Shown here piece by piece: positions 22,038 to 31,985 of a stretch of 64,000 nucleotides of DNA. Position 1 is the first letter of the stretch. Each line of letters begins with the position of its first letter. The stretch spans positions 1,268 to 65,267 of the forward strand of contig CAINEW010000022.1 in NCBI GenBank assembly GCA_903847915.1, given 5' to 3'. The notes below the pieces were generated by a model. It searched no databases and was not told the DNA's origin. It worked only from the letters and a program-made list of their open reading frames with translations. The translations under genes were made by a program, and so were the position numbers. This DNA is from an uncultured bacterium (lineage in GTDB: Bacteria > Patescibacteriota > Minisyncoccia > UBA6257 > GWB1-50-10).

Positions 22038-22075
22038 TTTTTAAATGAAATATTTCAGATATTTTTGAATATTTT

Positions 22076-22210
22076 ATGAAGCTACACAACACTATGTTGT
22101 GATTTTTCTGCGGAATCCGCCGAAACATAATCCTTATTTCTTCAAGTTATAGAAGAGTGTAAATCATATACATTGAAGAATATACGTCTACGGTCTTCTG
22201 TGAAGGCGGA
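22076..22210 (+). repeat. ~133-bp dispersed repeat, copy B
   Basis: Homologous to 4551..4683. Confidence 0.8.
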
Positions 22211-22234
22211 GACAAAAAGAGTAGAATTAAGAGG

Positions 22235-22603
22235 ATGAACAAAAAGAGCGAATTAGGGAAAATAGGGGAAGATATCGCATCAGAATTCTTGAAAAAGAGA
22301 GGATTTAAAATAATAGAAAGGAATAATTGGGAGAAATGGGGAGAGCTTGATATTGTGGCAAAGGCAAAAGATAAGACATTGATATTAGTAGAAGTGAAGA
22401 CGATGAGGGAGGGAAGTTTAAAACCAGAAGATCAGATGAGTGGGGGAAAGATGGAAAGATTCATGCGCGCCGCAGAGGTCTACGCGAATGCACATCCGGA
22501 ACATATTGATGAGAAAAAAGGATGGCGACTGGACGCAATAATGATTGTCATCTCCGATTCAGAATCACCAAAAATCACACATTACGAAAATATTATAAGA
22601 TAA
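22235..22603 (+). CDS. YraN family endonuclease (UPF0102)
   Basis: LGKIGEDIA..FL...G, GELDIVA, VEVKT, RLDAI motifs. Confidence 0.92.
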   Translation: MNKKSELGKIGEDIASEFLKKRGFKIIERNNWEKWGELDIVAKAKDKTLILVEVKTMREGSLKPEDQMSGGKMERFMRAAEVYANAHPEHIDEKKGWRLDAIMIVISDSESPKITHYENIIR

Positions 22604-22764
22604 TAAATGAATTATATTAAAACATTTTATATAAAAGATAACAAGTGTTAATTGACAGATTAATTTTTAGTATGATACACTAAAAACATTGAATGCCGCT
22701 CCGTTGTGAGCGGTCATTTGCTAAAAAAGTCGAAAGAAAAAAAATAAATAAAAATAATTTAAGT

Positions 22765-24000
22765 ATGGATCTCAAAGCACTGAACGCAGCGATGCAACAA
22801 ATCGCCGGAGAAAAAAGTATTACGCCAGAACAGGTCTTGAATGCGATTGAAACGGCCATTGCGGCGGCATATAAAAAAGAATATCGCGAACGTTCAGAAA
22901 TTATTCGCGCAAAGTTTGATACAAAAACAGGCGAACTTTTATTTTCGCAAATAAAAACAGTGGTGAATCCTGATGAGGTGCGTATCATTACAGAAGAAGA
23001 ACAAACTGCAGAAGAAGAGGAAAAGAAAACAAACTATGAAAAAAGAGAATTGCCGGAAGAAGAGGAAGCGCTTCCGCGGTATAATCCGCAACGCCATATT
23101 TTTCTTGAAGAAGCACGTGCGATAAAAAAAGATGCGCAAGTGGGAGAAGAAATTATTTTTCCGCTTCCGATGCATGCAGAGTTCGGACGCATTGCCGCAC
23201 AAACCGCAAAGCAAGTCGTGCTCCAAGGATTGCGCGATGCGGAACGTTCATCGGTGCGCGAAGAATTTGCAGGAAAAGAGGGGACCGTGATGAGTGGAAT
23301 CATCCAGCGATTTGAACGAGGAAATGTATATGTGGATGTGGGACGCGCGGTCGGTATTATGTTTCACAACGAAAGTATTCCGGGAGAACATTATCGTGTT
23401 GGTGAACGTATGCGATTTTATGTACTCGCAGTACAAGACGATCCGCGCCGTCCGGGTATTATCCTTTCTCGTGCGCATCCAAAATTTGTAGAAAAATTAT
23501 TTGAAATGGAAGTGCCTGAAATTACAGAAGGAATTGTAGAAGTAAAAAGTATTGCGCGCGAAGCGGGGAATCGTACCAAGATTGCAGTTGGTACTAAAGT
23601 GGAAGGAGTAGATCCAGTAGGGTCAGCAGTTGGTCAGCGGGGGACACGAGTTATGGCGGTGACCAACGAATTAGGTAACGAAAAGATTGATATTATTGAG
23701 TGGTCAGAAGATATGGCAGAATACATTGGTCATTCGCTTTCGCCCGCACAAGTAAAACTTGTTGAAATAATGCCACGAAGAGAAGCGCGTGCGTTGGTGC
23801 CCGAAGATCAATTAAGTTTAGCGATCGGGAAGGGCGGACAAAATGTGCGATTAGCAGCAAAATTAACAGGATGGAAAATTGATGTGCGATCACAATCAAA
23901 TCCTGATCAAGTGCAAGAAGGAGGTATTGCGGTATCTGCTCCCGAAGAAGGAGAAGAAACACAATTTATCCCTCCACCTGAAGACGAAGCAAAATCATAA
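22765..24000 (+). CDS. nusA: transcription termination factor NusA
   Basis: FGRIAAQTAKQV, S1 and KH domains, AIGKGGQNVRLAAKLTGWKIDV. Confidence 0.97.
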   Translation: MDLKALNAAMQQIAGEKSITPEQVLNAIETAIAAAYKKEYRERSEIIRAKFDTKTGELLFSQIKTVVNPDEVRIITEEEQTAEEEEKKTNYEKRELPEEEEALPRYNPQRHIFLEEARAIKKDAQVGEEIIFPLPMHAEFGRIAAQTAKQVVLQGLRDAERSSVREEFAGKEGTVMSGIIQRFERGNVYVDVGRAVGIMFHNESIPGEHYRVGERMRFYVLAVQDDPRRPGIILSRAHPKFVEKLFEMEVPEITEGIVEVKSIAREAGNRTKIAVGTKVEGVDPVGSAVGQRGTRVMAVTNELGNEKIDIIEWSEDMAEYIGHSLSPAQVKLVEIMPRREARALVPEDQLSLAIGKGGQNVRLAAKLTGWKIDVRSQSNPDQVQEGGIAVSAPEEGEETQFIPPPEDEAKS

Positions 24001-24030
24001 GTCGAATTATTTTTATTATTAAAATTGTAT

Positions 24031-26034
24031 ATGAATATACTTTATGTTATTTTTGGCCCTGTCGTATTTGCGACAGTTTATACCATCTTTATTATGAGAT
24101 GGTTGAAAAAGCAACCAGATGGAAATGAAAAAATGAAAGAAATTGCGCGTGCTATTCAAGATGGTTCGTCAGCGTATTTAAATCGTCAATATCGTACAGT
24201 AGCATATGTGGCACTCCCACTCTTTCTTTTAATCGGATATTTTCTGAATTGGACAGCAGGAATCGGATTTTTAGTGGGCGCAAGTGCATCGGCGCTTGCA
24301 GGATATATCGGAATGTATGTAGCAGTGCATTCAAATGTGAAAACAACCGAAGCGGCACATAAAGGACTAAAAAGTGCGCTCGGAGTTGCGTTCAAAGCAG
24401 GATCAGTCACAGGGTTTTTAGTGGTCGCACTCGGACTTCTTTCGGTGGCGCTTATGTATTTACTTACAGGAGAAGTATCAGGACTTATCGGATTGGGATT
24501 TGGTGCAAGTTTAATTTCTATTTTTGCTCGCCTTGGTGGAGGTATTTTTACGAAAGCTGCGGACGTAGGAACTGATTTGGTAGGAAAAGTAGAAGCAGGA
24601 ATCCCTGAAGACGATCCACGTAACCCGGGAGTAATTGCCGACAACGTAGGAGATAATGTGGGCGACTGTGCAGGCATGGCAGCAGATTTATTTGAAACCT
24701 ATGCAGTGACACTCACCGCGGCAATGTTATTGGGATCGCTTATTTTTACAAGTGCGCAATTATTATTTCCGTTGGTACTTGGAGGACTCGCAATTATCGC
24801 ATCTCTTATTGGAGTTCTGTTTGTAAAACTTGGTAAAAAAGAAAATATTATGGGCGCGCTCTACAAAGGACTTATTGCATCACTTGGAATATCCGCAATA
24901 TTATTTTATTTTGCTTCGCAATATTATTTTGGCACAGAATATTTACGTGTGTTTGGAAGTGCGTGCATCGGACTTATCGTGACCGCGCTTATGGTGATCG
25001 TCACTGATTACTACACCGCAAAAAAATATCGTCCGGTACGTTCTATCGCCGCAGCATCAGAATCAGGTCACGGCACGAATATTATTATGGGACTTTCGGT
25101 AGGGATGGAATCAACTTTTCTACCCATCATTATTATTACTGGAGGTATTTTAGGTGCCTATATGCTCGCAGGTATTTATGGTATTGCGCTCGCGGCAGTA
25201 GGTATGCTTTCGGTTGCGGGAATTGTGGTGGCAATTGATTCATTTGGTCCTATTACCGACAATGCGGGAGGAATTGCAGAAATGACAAACGCGCCAAAAG
25301 AAGTGAGAGAAATTACCGATGCGCTTGACGCGGTAGGGAACACCACAAAAGCAGTGACAAAAGGATATGCAATCGCATCCGCAGGACTTGCGGCGTTGGT
25401 ACTCTTCGGAGGTTATGTGGGAGAGTTTGCAAAACTTTCACGTCAACTCTCTTTCGATCTCCAAAATCCATTAGTACTCATCGGACTTTTCTTGGGCGCA
25501 GCAGTACCAAATCTCTTTGCTGCAATCGCGATGAAATCAGTGGGGCGTGCCGCAAGTGCGATTGTGGACGAAATTCGAAGACAATTCCGTGAAATCCCTG
25601 GATTGCTAATGTCCACTCAAAGCGGATCCGCCTTGGGCGGGGAAGGAACCGCACGACCAGAATATGGAAGGGCGGTGGATATTGTAACAAAAGCCGCGCT
25701 TCGTGAAATGGTAGTGCCAGCGCTTTTACCCGTGGTTTCAGTGATTTTTATAGGATTTATGTTTGGTGCTGAAGCGCTCGGCGGATTCCTCATTGGGGTG
25801 ATTCTTTCTGGAATGTTTGTGGCGATCTCAATGACTTCAGGAGGCGCCGCATGGGATAATGCGAAAAAACACGTGGAAGACGGTCACCACGGAGGCAAGG
25901 GATCAGATAGTCACAAGGCGGCGGTGACGGGGGATACGGTGGGTGATCCTTATAAAGACACTGCAGGTCCTGCTATCAATCCTCTTATTAAGGTAATTAA
26001 TATCATTGCACTTCTTTTAGTGCCATTCCTCTAA
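24031..26034 (+). CDS. hppA: membrane-bound H+-translocating pyrophosphatase, probably K+-independent
   Basis: [26 protein letters not shown]; GNTTK carries Lys at the K+-dependence site. Confidence 0.95.
   Translation: MNILYVIFGPVVFATVYTIFIMRWLKKQPDGNEKMKEIARAIQDGSSAYLNRQYRTVAYVALPLFLLIGYFLNWTAGIGFLVGASASALAGYIGMYVAVHSNVKTTEAAHKGLKSALGVAFKAGSVTGFLVVALGLLSVALMYLLTGEVSGLIGLGFGASLISIFARLGGGIFTKAADVGTDLVGKVEAGIPEDDPRNPGVIADNVGDNVGDCAGMAADLFETYAVTLTAAMLLGSLIFTSAQLLFPLVLGGLAIIASLIGVLFVKLGKKENIMGALYKGLIASLGISAILFYFASQYYFGTEYLRVFGSACIGLIVTALMVIVTDYYTAKKYRPVRSIAAASESGHGTNIIMGLSVGMESTFLPIIIITGGILGAYMLAGIYGIALAAVGMLSVAGIVVAIDSFGPITDNAGGIAEMTNAPKEVREITDALDAVGNTTKAVTKGYAIASAGLAALVLFGGYVGEFAKLSRQLSFDLQNPLVLIGLFLGAAVPNLFAAIAMKSVGRAASAIVDEIRRQFREIPGLLMSTQSGSALGGEGTARPEYGRAVDIVTKAALREMVVPALLPVVSVIFIGFMFGAEALGGFLIGVILSGMFVAISMTSGGAAWDNAKKHVEDGHHGGKGSDSHKAAVTGDTVGDPYKDTAGPAINPLIKVINIIALLLVPFL
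25612..25641 (+). repeat. 30-bp twin-hairpin element in-frame in hppA
   Basis: TCCACTCAAAGCGGATCCGCCTTGGGCGGG ([10 protein letters not shown]); 23/30 identical to 11898..11927. Confidence 0.8.
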
Positions 26035-26311
26035 TCTTATTGATTATAGAAAAACCTCAAAAGCCGTCAGAAATGGCGGTTTTGAGTTATCCACAGGAGA
26101 GGGTGTTGTGAGAGATCTTAAATGTTCTATAATAATCATACGTTCGTTGAAATAAGTATGTAAATAAAAAACCAACAGGAGCTTCCTGTAATACTTGTTC
26201 CATAACGAACAAAAGAGTTTCTCTATATTTGTCCCGCGGTATCCGCGGGACATTTCCTTTTTATAAGGAGTATCCTATACTCATATCAGCAATTTAAGAA
26301 AGGAATTTATT

Positions 26312-26728
26312 ATGTCTAAAATAACGTTGGATGTTTCCGGTAATCTTACCGCAATCGATGTGGTACATAATACAGTTTTTATAAAAGAAAGTGTATTAAG
26401 GCAATTATATCGTCCACAACATCTCAAGGCCTCCGATGTATTGCCAAAACTCTTTGAAAGTGAAAAAGAGGGGGCACTTACTAAAGAAGAAGTATTAAAA
26501 TGTATATGTGCAATAATATTTGATTTAAATTATAGTTCGAACGACGAGGAATATATTCGAAAATGTAGTGAATATATGATTCCTAAAGCACTTCAAATTT
26601 TACCACTCTTTTTAAATAGTAAGTCATTGTATAACAAAGAAGATGCGCAACAAATAAGAGTGTTATTAGAAGAGGGAAAAAGTTTTGAATATATTGAAAA
26701 ATATTTTCACAAAAATCCACCGGACTAA
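26312..26728 (+). CDS. orphan hypothetical protein
   Basis: AT-rich, GAAAGGA SD, terminator at 26712..26741. Confidence 0.65.
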   Translation: MSKITLDVSGNLTAIDVVHNTVFIKESVLRQLYRPQHLKASDVLPKLFESEKEGALTKEEVLKCICAIIFDLNYSSNDEEYIRKCSEYMIPKALQILPLFLNSKSLYNKEDAQQIRVLLEEGKSFEYIEKYFHKNPPD

Positions 26729-26760
26729 CGGTGGATTTTTTAATATGTTAAAATTTTTTA

Positions 26761-27201
26761 CTAATCACTTTTTACCTTAAGTTTTTTTGCTTTTGCGCGC
26801 GAGAGGCGAGGCATTCGCACGGTAAGTACGCCGTGTTTTAAATGCGCGTGGGATAATTCAGGATCCACTTCGTAGGGAAGAATAATAGAGCGAGAAAATC
26901 TTCCCCAAAAACATTCTTGGTAGAAAAAATCTTTATCTTGAATTTCTTGTGTCTTTTCACGTTCGCCACTAATCGTCACTGATTCGGTCGTAATGTTAAT
27001 ATCTAGATCCTCTTCTTTCACGCCTGCTACTGTGGATTGTACGACAAGATCATCACCGTCTTGATAGACGTCAACTGTAAGTTTGCCTTCACCATCTTCA
27101 TCCCGTGGAGAAAGATCAGTATGTTCAATGGTAATCGGCGTTGGCTGACTTTTTACTTTTGCAAGTTCCACAAACACCTCTTTATTAGTACGTTCATCCA
27201 T
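26761..27201 (-). CDS. Hsp20/alpha-crystallin small heat-shock protein
   Basis: VDVYQ, ISGER, ECFWGRFSRSIILP, HGVLTVRMP. Confidence 0.93.
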   Translation of the reverse strand: MDERTNKEVFVELAKVKSQPTPITIEHTDLSPRDEDGEGKLTVDVYQDGDDLVVQSTVAGVKEEDLDINITTESVTISGEREKTQEIQDKDFFYQECFWGRFSRSIILPYEVDPELSHAHLKHGVLTVRMPRLSRAKAKKLKVKSD

Positions 27202-27239
27202 ATAAGAAAGTATATCATATGAACGCCAGAGAATAAATA

Positions 27240-27971
27240 TTATATAGGAAGCGCTTTTTTAGGTTTTAGTTTTTCAAAATCATAGAGAATAATTACGAGG
27301 TTTAAGACAAGAAACGCGGTGGGGTAGAGAAGATTGGTGTCTTGAAAAATAAAGATGAGATAATTAAATCCGCTGTGAATGATTGTGGCGAGGAGAAGTC
27401 CAAAAGCAAAAAGGACACGTGGTGCATGGAGAAATTTTTCGCGTGCCCAGTAATAACCAATAGTGCCGGAAGAAAGAGTGTGGAGAAATGTCGCGCCTGC
27501 AAAACGGAGAAAAAGGGTTTGGCCAAGGAGAGAGAGATTTGCGAGAAGGAGTGAGGGGACTGCAGGGACGGAAGTGGGATAGAGAATATTGAGCGCCACA
27601 AAAAAGTTTTCTATGGTTGCAAATCCAAGAGAGGCAGCAATCATATAAATCATCGCGTCTACTGGCTCGTCAAATTCTTTATGTTTTTTAGTCGCCCAAA
27701 ATGCAGCGCAAAATTTAAAGAATTCTTCAATAAGCGCAAGACCAATAATAAGACCAATACGTGCGCCATCTGCGCCCATATCTCCCATCGCGCGTTGAAA
27801 AATCATTTGAAACGCGAGCACGGGCACGCTCATCAACATGCCGATGTTGAACGTGTAAAGGAGTAATCGTTTCGGTTCGGGGTGCAAATCCTCGCGCAAA
27901 TAAAAAAGAATCCAAAGAAATCCAGGAATGAGAGGACCAATACAAAGAGCGAGAGGGGAAAGCGAGTTCAT
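27240..27971 (-). CDS. PrsW family intramembrane metalloprotease
   Basis: IEEFFK, LGFATIEN and His motifs in TMs. Confidence 0.9.
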   Translation of the reverse strand: MNSLSPLALCIGPLIPGFLWILFYLREDLHPEPKRLLLYTFNIGMLMSVPVLAFQMIFQRAMGDMGADGARIGLIIGLALIEEFFKFCAAFWATKKHKEFDEPVDAMIYMIAASLGFATIENFFVALNILYPTSVPAVPSLLLANLSLLGQTLFLRFAGATFLHTLSSGTIGYYWAREKFLHAPRVLFAFGLLLATIIHSGFNYLIFIFQDTNLLYPTAFLVLNLVIILYDFEKLKPKKALPI

Positions 27972-27978
27972 GATTCTA

Positions 27979-30147
27979 TTATAACTCTTCAATCATTAAG
28001 AATCTCTTTTTCTTACCGGGAAGTTCTTGATAAATTGCTTCGGTCACAAACGGCATAAACGGATGAAGAAGTTTGAGAAATTGAAGAAGAGTAGAAGAAA
28101 GAATCGTGCGAGTATTTTGTACGAGTTTCACGTCATCAAGTTGATGTTTTGAAATTTCAAGATAGATATCACAAAAATCATGCCAGAAAAAATCATAAAG
28201 CGTATGAAGTGCTTTTGAAAACGCAAAGGATTCAATATCACGTGCAACACTTTTCTTTGTTTTTGTAAGCGCGCTTAATATTTTTTTATCTGCGGAAGTT
28301 TTTGCGCGCGGTACAGAAGTTTTTTTGGTAGATAAAGTCGCATCAGTGCGTATTTGAATAAATCGTGCTGCATTCCAAATCTTGTTGCAGAATTTCTGAC
28401 CTGCAATAACAGCCGCTTCGTCCCAGCGAATGTCTTGTCCTCCCATCTGCCAAATTACCGCAAAGCGGGTAGCGTCTGCGCCGTTTTTATTAATATACAT
28501 AAGTGGATCAATTCCTGTGCCTAAGCTTTTAGACATTCTTCGTCCGTCTTTCGCAAGTACTGTGCCGTGAATAAACACGCGTGCAAAAGGCACTTTTTTC
28601 ATAGTAGAAAGTCCTGAAAAAATCATCCGCGCAACCCAGAGATTTAAAATATCGCGCGCAGTGATAAGCGCACTACCAGGGTAATAATTATTAAGATCAT
28701 TTTTTGAAAGTCCTGCAAAAGGCCAAAGTGCAGAAGAAAACCACGTATCTAACACATCAGGCGATTGCTCCATTGTGCACTTTTTACAAAAAGGACAGCG
28801 TACAGGTTTTTTATTCGCAACAACAAACAATTCTTTTTTATTCTTATCTTCTTTATTATGAGCGCAAAACCACACGGGTAATTGATGTCCCCACCAAATT
28901 TGACGTGAGATAGTCCAGTCGTGAATATGAGCGAGCCAATCTTTATACACTTTTTCAAAACGTGAAGGGAAGATAGAAGTTTTTTTCTTCGTCACTGCCT
29001 GAAGAGCGCTTTTGGCGAGAGTATTCATTTTTAAAAACCATTGTGCGGAAGGAATGGGTTCAATCACATGCGCGCAACGATAACAAATCGCCACACGATG
29101 TGTATACGCTTCTTCTTTGGTAATTAATCCGAGTGCTTTCAAGTCATCAACCACTTTTTTACGGGCATCAATCACATTCATGCCCGCATATTTTCCTGTG
29201 CGCTCATTCATCTTCCCGCGCTCGTCAATAATTTGAATAAGGGGGAGTGTGTGGCGCTCTGCAATTTGAAAATCCACGCTGTCGTGTGCAGGTGTCACTT
29301 TAATCACGCCTGTGCCAAATTTTGAATCCACCGCATTGTCTGCAACAATTTTTAAAGTAATGGTAGCACGCATAGGCGTTTCAAGTGTACCTTCTGTAGA
29401 GATAGATTCTATCTGAAGTGTCTTGCCGACATACTGTTTGTAACGTGCATCGCGAGGATTAACCGCAAGGGCAGTATCGCCAAATTTTGTTTCAGGGCGC
29501 ACGGTGGCGACCGTAAAAGAGCCATACTGCATATAGTAGAGTGTCGCGGGTTCTTCTTTATATTCAAGTTCTAGTTCAGAAAGTGAGGTTTGGCAACGGG
29601 GACACCAATTGACCGTACGCACTCCACGATAGATAAGCCCCTTTTTGTGATAAGCAATAAACGCGTTTGTTACATCTTTTGCGTACGTAGGATCCATCGT
29701 AAAACGAGTACGTGACCAGTCCGCCGAGATACCAATCTTTCTCAATTGAGCATAGATCAGGTTGCCGTACTGCTCTTTCCACTCCCATACTTTTTTGATA
29801 AACTCCTCCCGCCCTAACACAAAGCGGTTGGTACCCTGTTTTTTCAATTCTTTTTCCACCACATATTGAGTGGCAATGCCCGCATGATCAGTGCCAGGTA
29901 AATAAAGCGCGCGGAATCCACGAAGACGATGATAGCGTACCAAAATATCTTGAATAGTATTATTAAGCAAATGCCCCATGTGGAGTGTGCCAGTCACATT
30001 CGGAAGAGGCATGTATACAATGTATTTTTTTGCCCTTTTCCCTTTCGCGCGTGGGAGGTTATCAGGATTAAAATAACCAGAACGTTCCCATGCGTCATAA
30101 AGTGTCGGCTCTGTCTTTAGGGGATCATAAGGTCCTTCGGGAATCAT
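27979..30147 (-). CDS. valS: valine--tRNA ligase lacking the C-terminal coiled coil
   Basis: PNVTGTLHMGH, DWTISRQIWWGH, DVLDTWFSS, RMSKS; start MIPEGPY. Confidence 0.96.
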   Translation of the reverse strand: MIPEGPYDPLKTEPTLYDAWERSGYFNPDNLPRAKGKRAKKYIVYMPLPNVTGTLHMGHLLNNTIQDILVRYHRLRGFRALYLPGTDHAGIATQYVVEKELKKQGTNRFVLGREEFIKKVWEWKEQYGNLIYAQLRKIGISADWSRTRFTMDPTYAKDVTNAFIAYHKKGLIYRGVRTVNWCPRCQTSLSELELEYKEEPATLYYMQYGSFTVATVRPETKFGDTALAVNPRDARYKQYVGKTLQIESISTEGTLETPMRATITLKIVADNAVDSKFGTGVIKVTPAHDSVDFQIAERHTLPLIQIIDERGKMNERTGKYAGMNVIDARKKVVDDLKALGLITKEEAYTHRVAICYRCAHVIEPIPSAQWFLKMNTLAKSALQAVTKKKTSIFPSRFEKVYKDWLAHIHDWTISRQIWWGHQLPVWFCAHNKEDKNKKELFVVANKKPVRCPFCKKCTMEQSPDVLDTWFSSALWPFAGLSKNDLNNYYPGSALITARDILNLWVARMIFSGLSTMKKVPFARVFIHGTVLAKDGRRMSKSLGTGIDPLMYINKNGADATRFAVIWQMGGQDIRWDEAAVIAGQKFCNKIWNAARFIQIRTDATLSTKKTSVPRAKTSADKKILSALTKTKKSVARDIESFAFSKALHTLYDFFWHDFCDIYLEISKHQLDDVKLVQNTRTILSSTLLQFLKLLHPFMPFVTEAIYQELPGKKKRFLMIEEL

Positions 30148-30271
30148 ATAAAAGAAGTATAAGACGCAAAGAGTGGTTTGTATAGATTCAAAAGAAAAAT
30201 AGTTGATAAAAAAAGAGAAGGGGAGTAGGGTAAAACAGGCATGTTTCACAATTTAATCAAGGACAAGAGCT

Positions 30272-30889
30272 ATGTTATATTACAAAAAAATAGTGTCGCG
30301 ATGGGCAATCATAGGACTTATATTGCATATCTTATGTATGCCTTTATTTACTTCTCAAAGAAACGAAATAGTGCTTCTATTTACTAGTTTCACGCTTCCA
30401 TTTTCAACCCCTCTTTTGTTGGATTTCTTGATTGTTCCTTTATCGTTTTTTTTATTCTATCTTATAGTTTTAAAAAGAGACGACAAAGAGGAATATCTTT
30501 CTCAACCGACATTTTTGGGGAACGTGATAGAAAATATCTGTTTCACATTATTTTTTGGAGTATTGGCAGGGATAATCATCAGTACAGTATTATACGGAGT
30601 TTTCTTCCAATATCTTCAGTTTAAGAACACATTTTTATTGGTAAGTATTATATGTTCTTTATTAATTGCCTATAGAGAAGAGTATGATACATATCCGCCT
30701 TACGGCATTATTGTGTGTGGATGTATAGGAATGATGTGGGGAATTGTGAATGGGATATTTTCTAGCATCATTTTTTTCGGAGAGATCACGCTCGTAAATT
30801 ATGTGATGAGAGGCGCGGTCTCTATAATAAGGATAGTAGTGGGTGCGATATTATATATCCACACGCTCGATTTTTACGAAGAAGAGTAG
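30272..30889 (+). CDS. orphan multi-pass membrane protein
   Basis: Hydrophobic AT-rich ORF, leader TTCACAATTTAA, terminator 30896..30925. Confidence 0.65.
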   Translation: MLYYKKIVSRWAIIGLILHILCMPLFTSQRNEIVLLFTSFTLPFSTPLLLDFLIVPLSFFLFYLIVLKRDDKEEYLSQPTFLGNVIENICFTLFFGVLAGIIISTVLYGVFFQYLQFKNTFLLVSIICSLLIAYREEYDTYPPYGIIVCGCIGMMWGIVNGIFSSIIFFGEITLVNYVMRGAVSIIRIVVGAILYIHTLDFYEEE

Positions 30890-31020
30890 TGTTACAAAAA
30901 CCTGTTTAAGAATAAACAGGTTTTTATATTAAAAGATCTCTACTTGCACGAGAAGGGGTGTTTGGGGTAGGGTAGAGGAAGAATAATTTACATATTTAAT
31001 AATTTTATAGAAAGGATTTT

Positions 31021-31152
31021 ATGACATTTGGCGTAGTGATGCTCCTGATGGGAGAGCTGCTCGGGGTCGTTTTGCTTTATCTGTTTATTAAAAAAGAACA
31101 GAAAAAGCAAAAAAAGAAAAAAGAAGAAGAAGAAATAAAAGCGAAAGGATAA
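31021..31152 (+). CDS. small membrane protein (43 aa, TM plus Lys/Glu tail)
   Basis: GAAAGGA SD; MTFGVVMLLMGELLGVVLLYLFIKKEQKKQKKKKEEEEIKAKG; below the ORF-track cutoff. Confidence 0.55.
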   Translation: MTFGVVMLLMGELLGVVLLYLFIKKEQKKQKKKKEEEEIKAKG

Positions 31153-31331
31153 TATCCTTTCGTTTTTTTGTCCGTCTTCGCAGAAGATCGTGGGTGTAAG
31201 CTCGTGAATGAATGTGAAGGTTGTGGAGCTTCATAATAAAAAAACAGCGTTCCTATTTTCATGTTTCAGGTACGCTGTCTAATTTATCGAGTTTTCTTCT
31301 CGCCGAGATTATTTACTCGGAAAAGCATGCA

Positions 31332-31826
31332 TTACGTAAGAAATTCATTATTACTGATAGAATTTCCTTGCACCAAATATAAAGATTCGCTTGCAATCAC
31401 TGCTCGAGTATGATTATCGACCCTCCGAATCAAGGTTGCATCGCTTTCGTTCAAATCGTTGTCGCTATAAGAAAAACCAAATCCACTCTTGTTGTCGATT
31501 CTGGTTGTAGGGGTAATTGCATCTGAAATTCTGTAATTGTTGTTACAATTTTGAGGCGATATATCAATACTGAAGGCAACTTCTGCGTTCATAGCGGGCG
31601 TAAAAACCGGAGAGAAAACGGCAGTGTGAGTTTTCTGGTTGTCAAAAGAAGAAAGATTCAAAACGGCAATGTCGGTAGTAAAGCTACCTCCAGGAGCTTG
31701 AATAACAATGCAATTCAACGATGTGTTTTTTCTTTCTGATCCTGATTGTGATGACTGCGTGCATGCCAGTGCCAAAGAGGTACTGACAAGAGTAAGCAAA
31801 ACGAATAAAGCGATGAGGTTTCTCAT
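31332..31826 (-). CDS. orphan secreted protein
   Basis: Signal peptide, TTGACA promoter, GGAAAGGA SD. Confidence 0.6.
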   Translation of the reverse strand: MRNLIALFVLLTLVSTSLALACTQSSQSGSERKNTSLNCIVIQAPGGSFTTDIAVLNLSSFDNQKTHTAVFSPVFTPAMNAEVAFSIDISPQNCNNNYRISDAITPTTRIDNKSGFGFSYSDNDLNESDATLIRRVDNHTRAVIASESLYLVQGNSISNNEFLT

Positions 31827-31985
31827 GACAGAATTCCTTTCCTAAATTTAAATTGTGAAAAAAACATAATCATTCAAGAAATATCTTTTCAGTGATTACT
31901 TAGTAAGTATTACAAAAGAGAAAATTTTGTCAAGCAAGAAAGTTATCCACAATTTTATAAACAAAGAGGCATTTTATACTCTTTT

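Noticed and set aside
21545-22234. oriC
   Set aside because: No DnaA-box cluster in the gap and no dnaA/dnaN nearby; kept only as a parS candidate.
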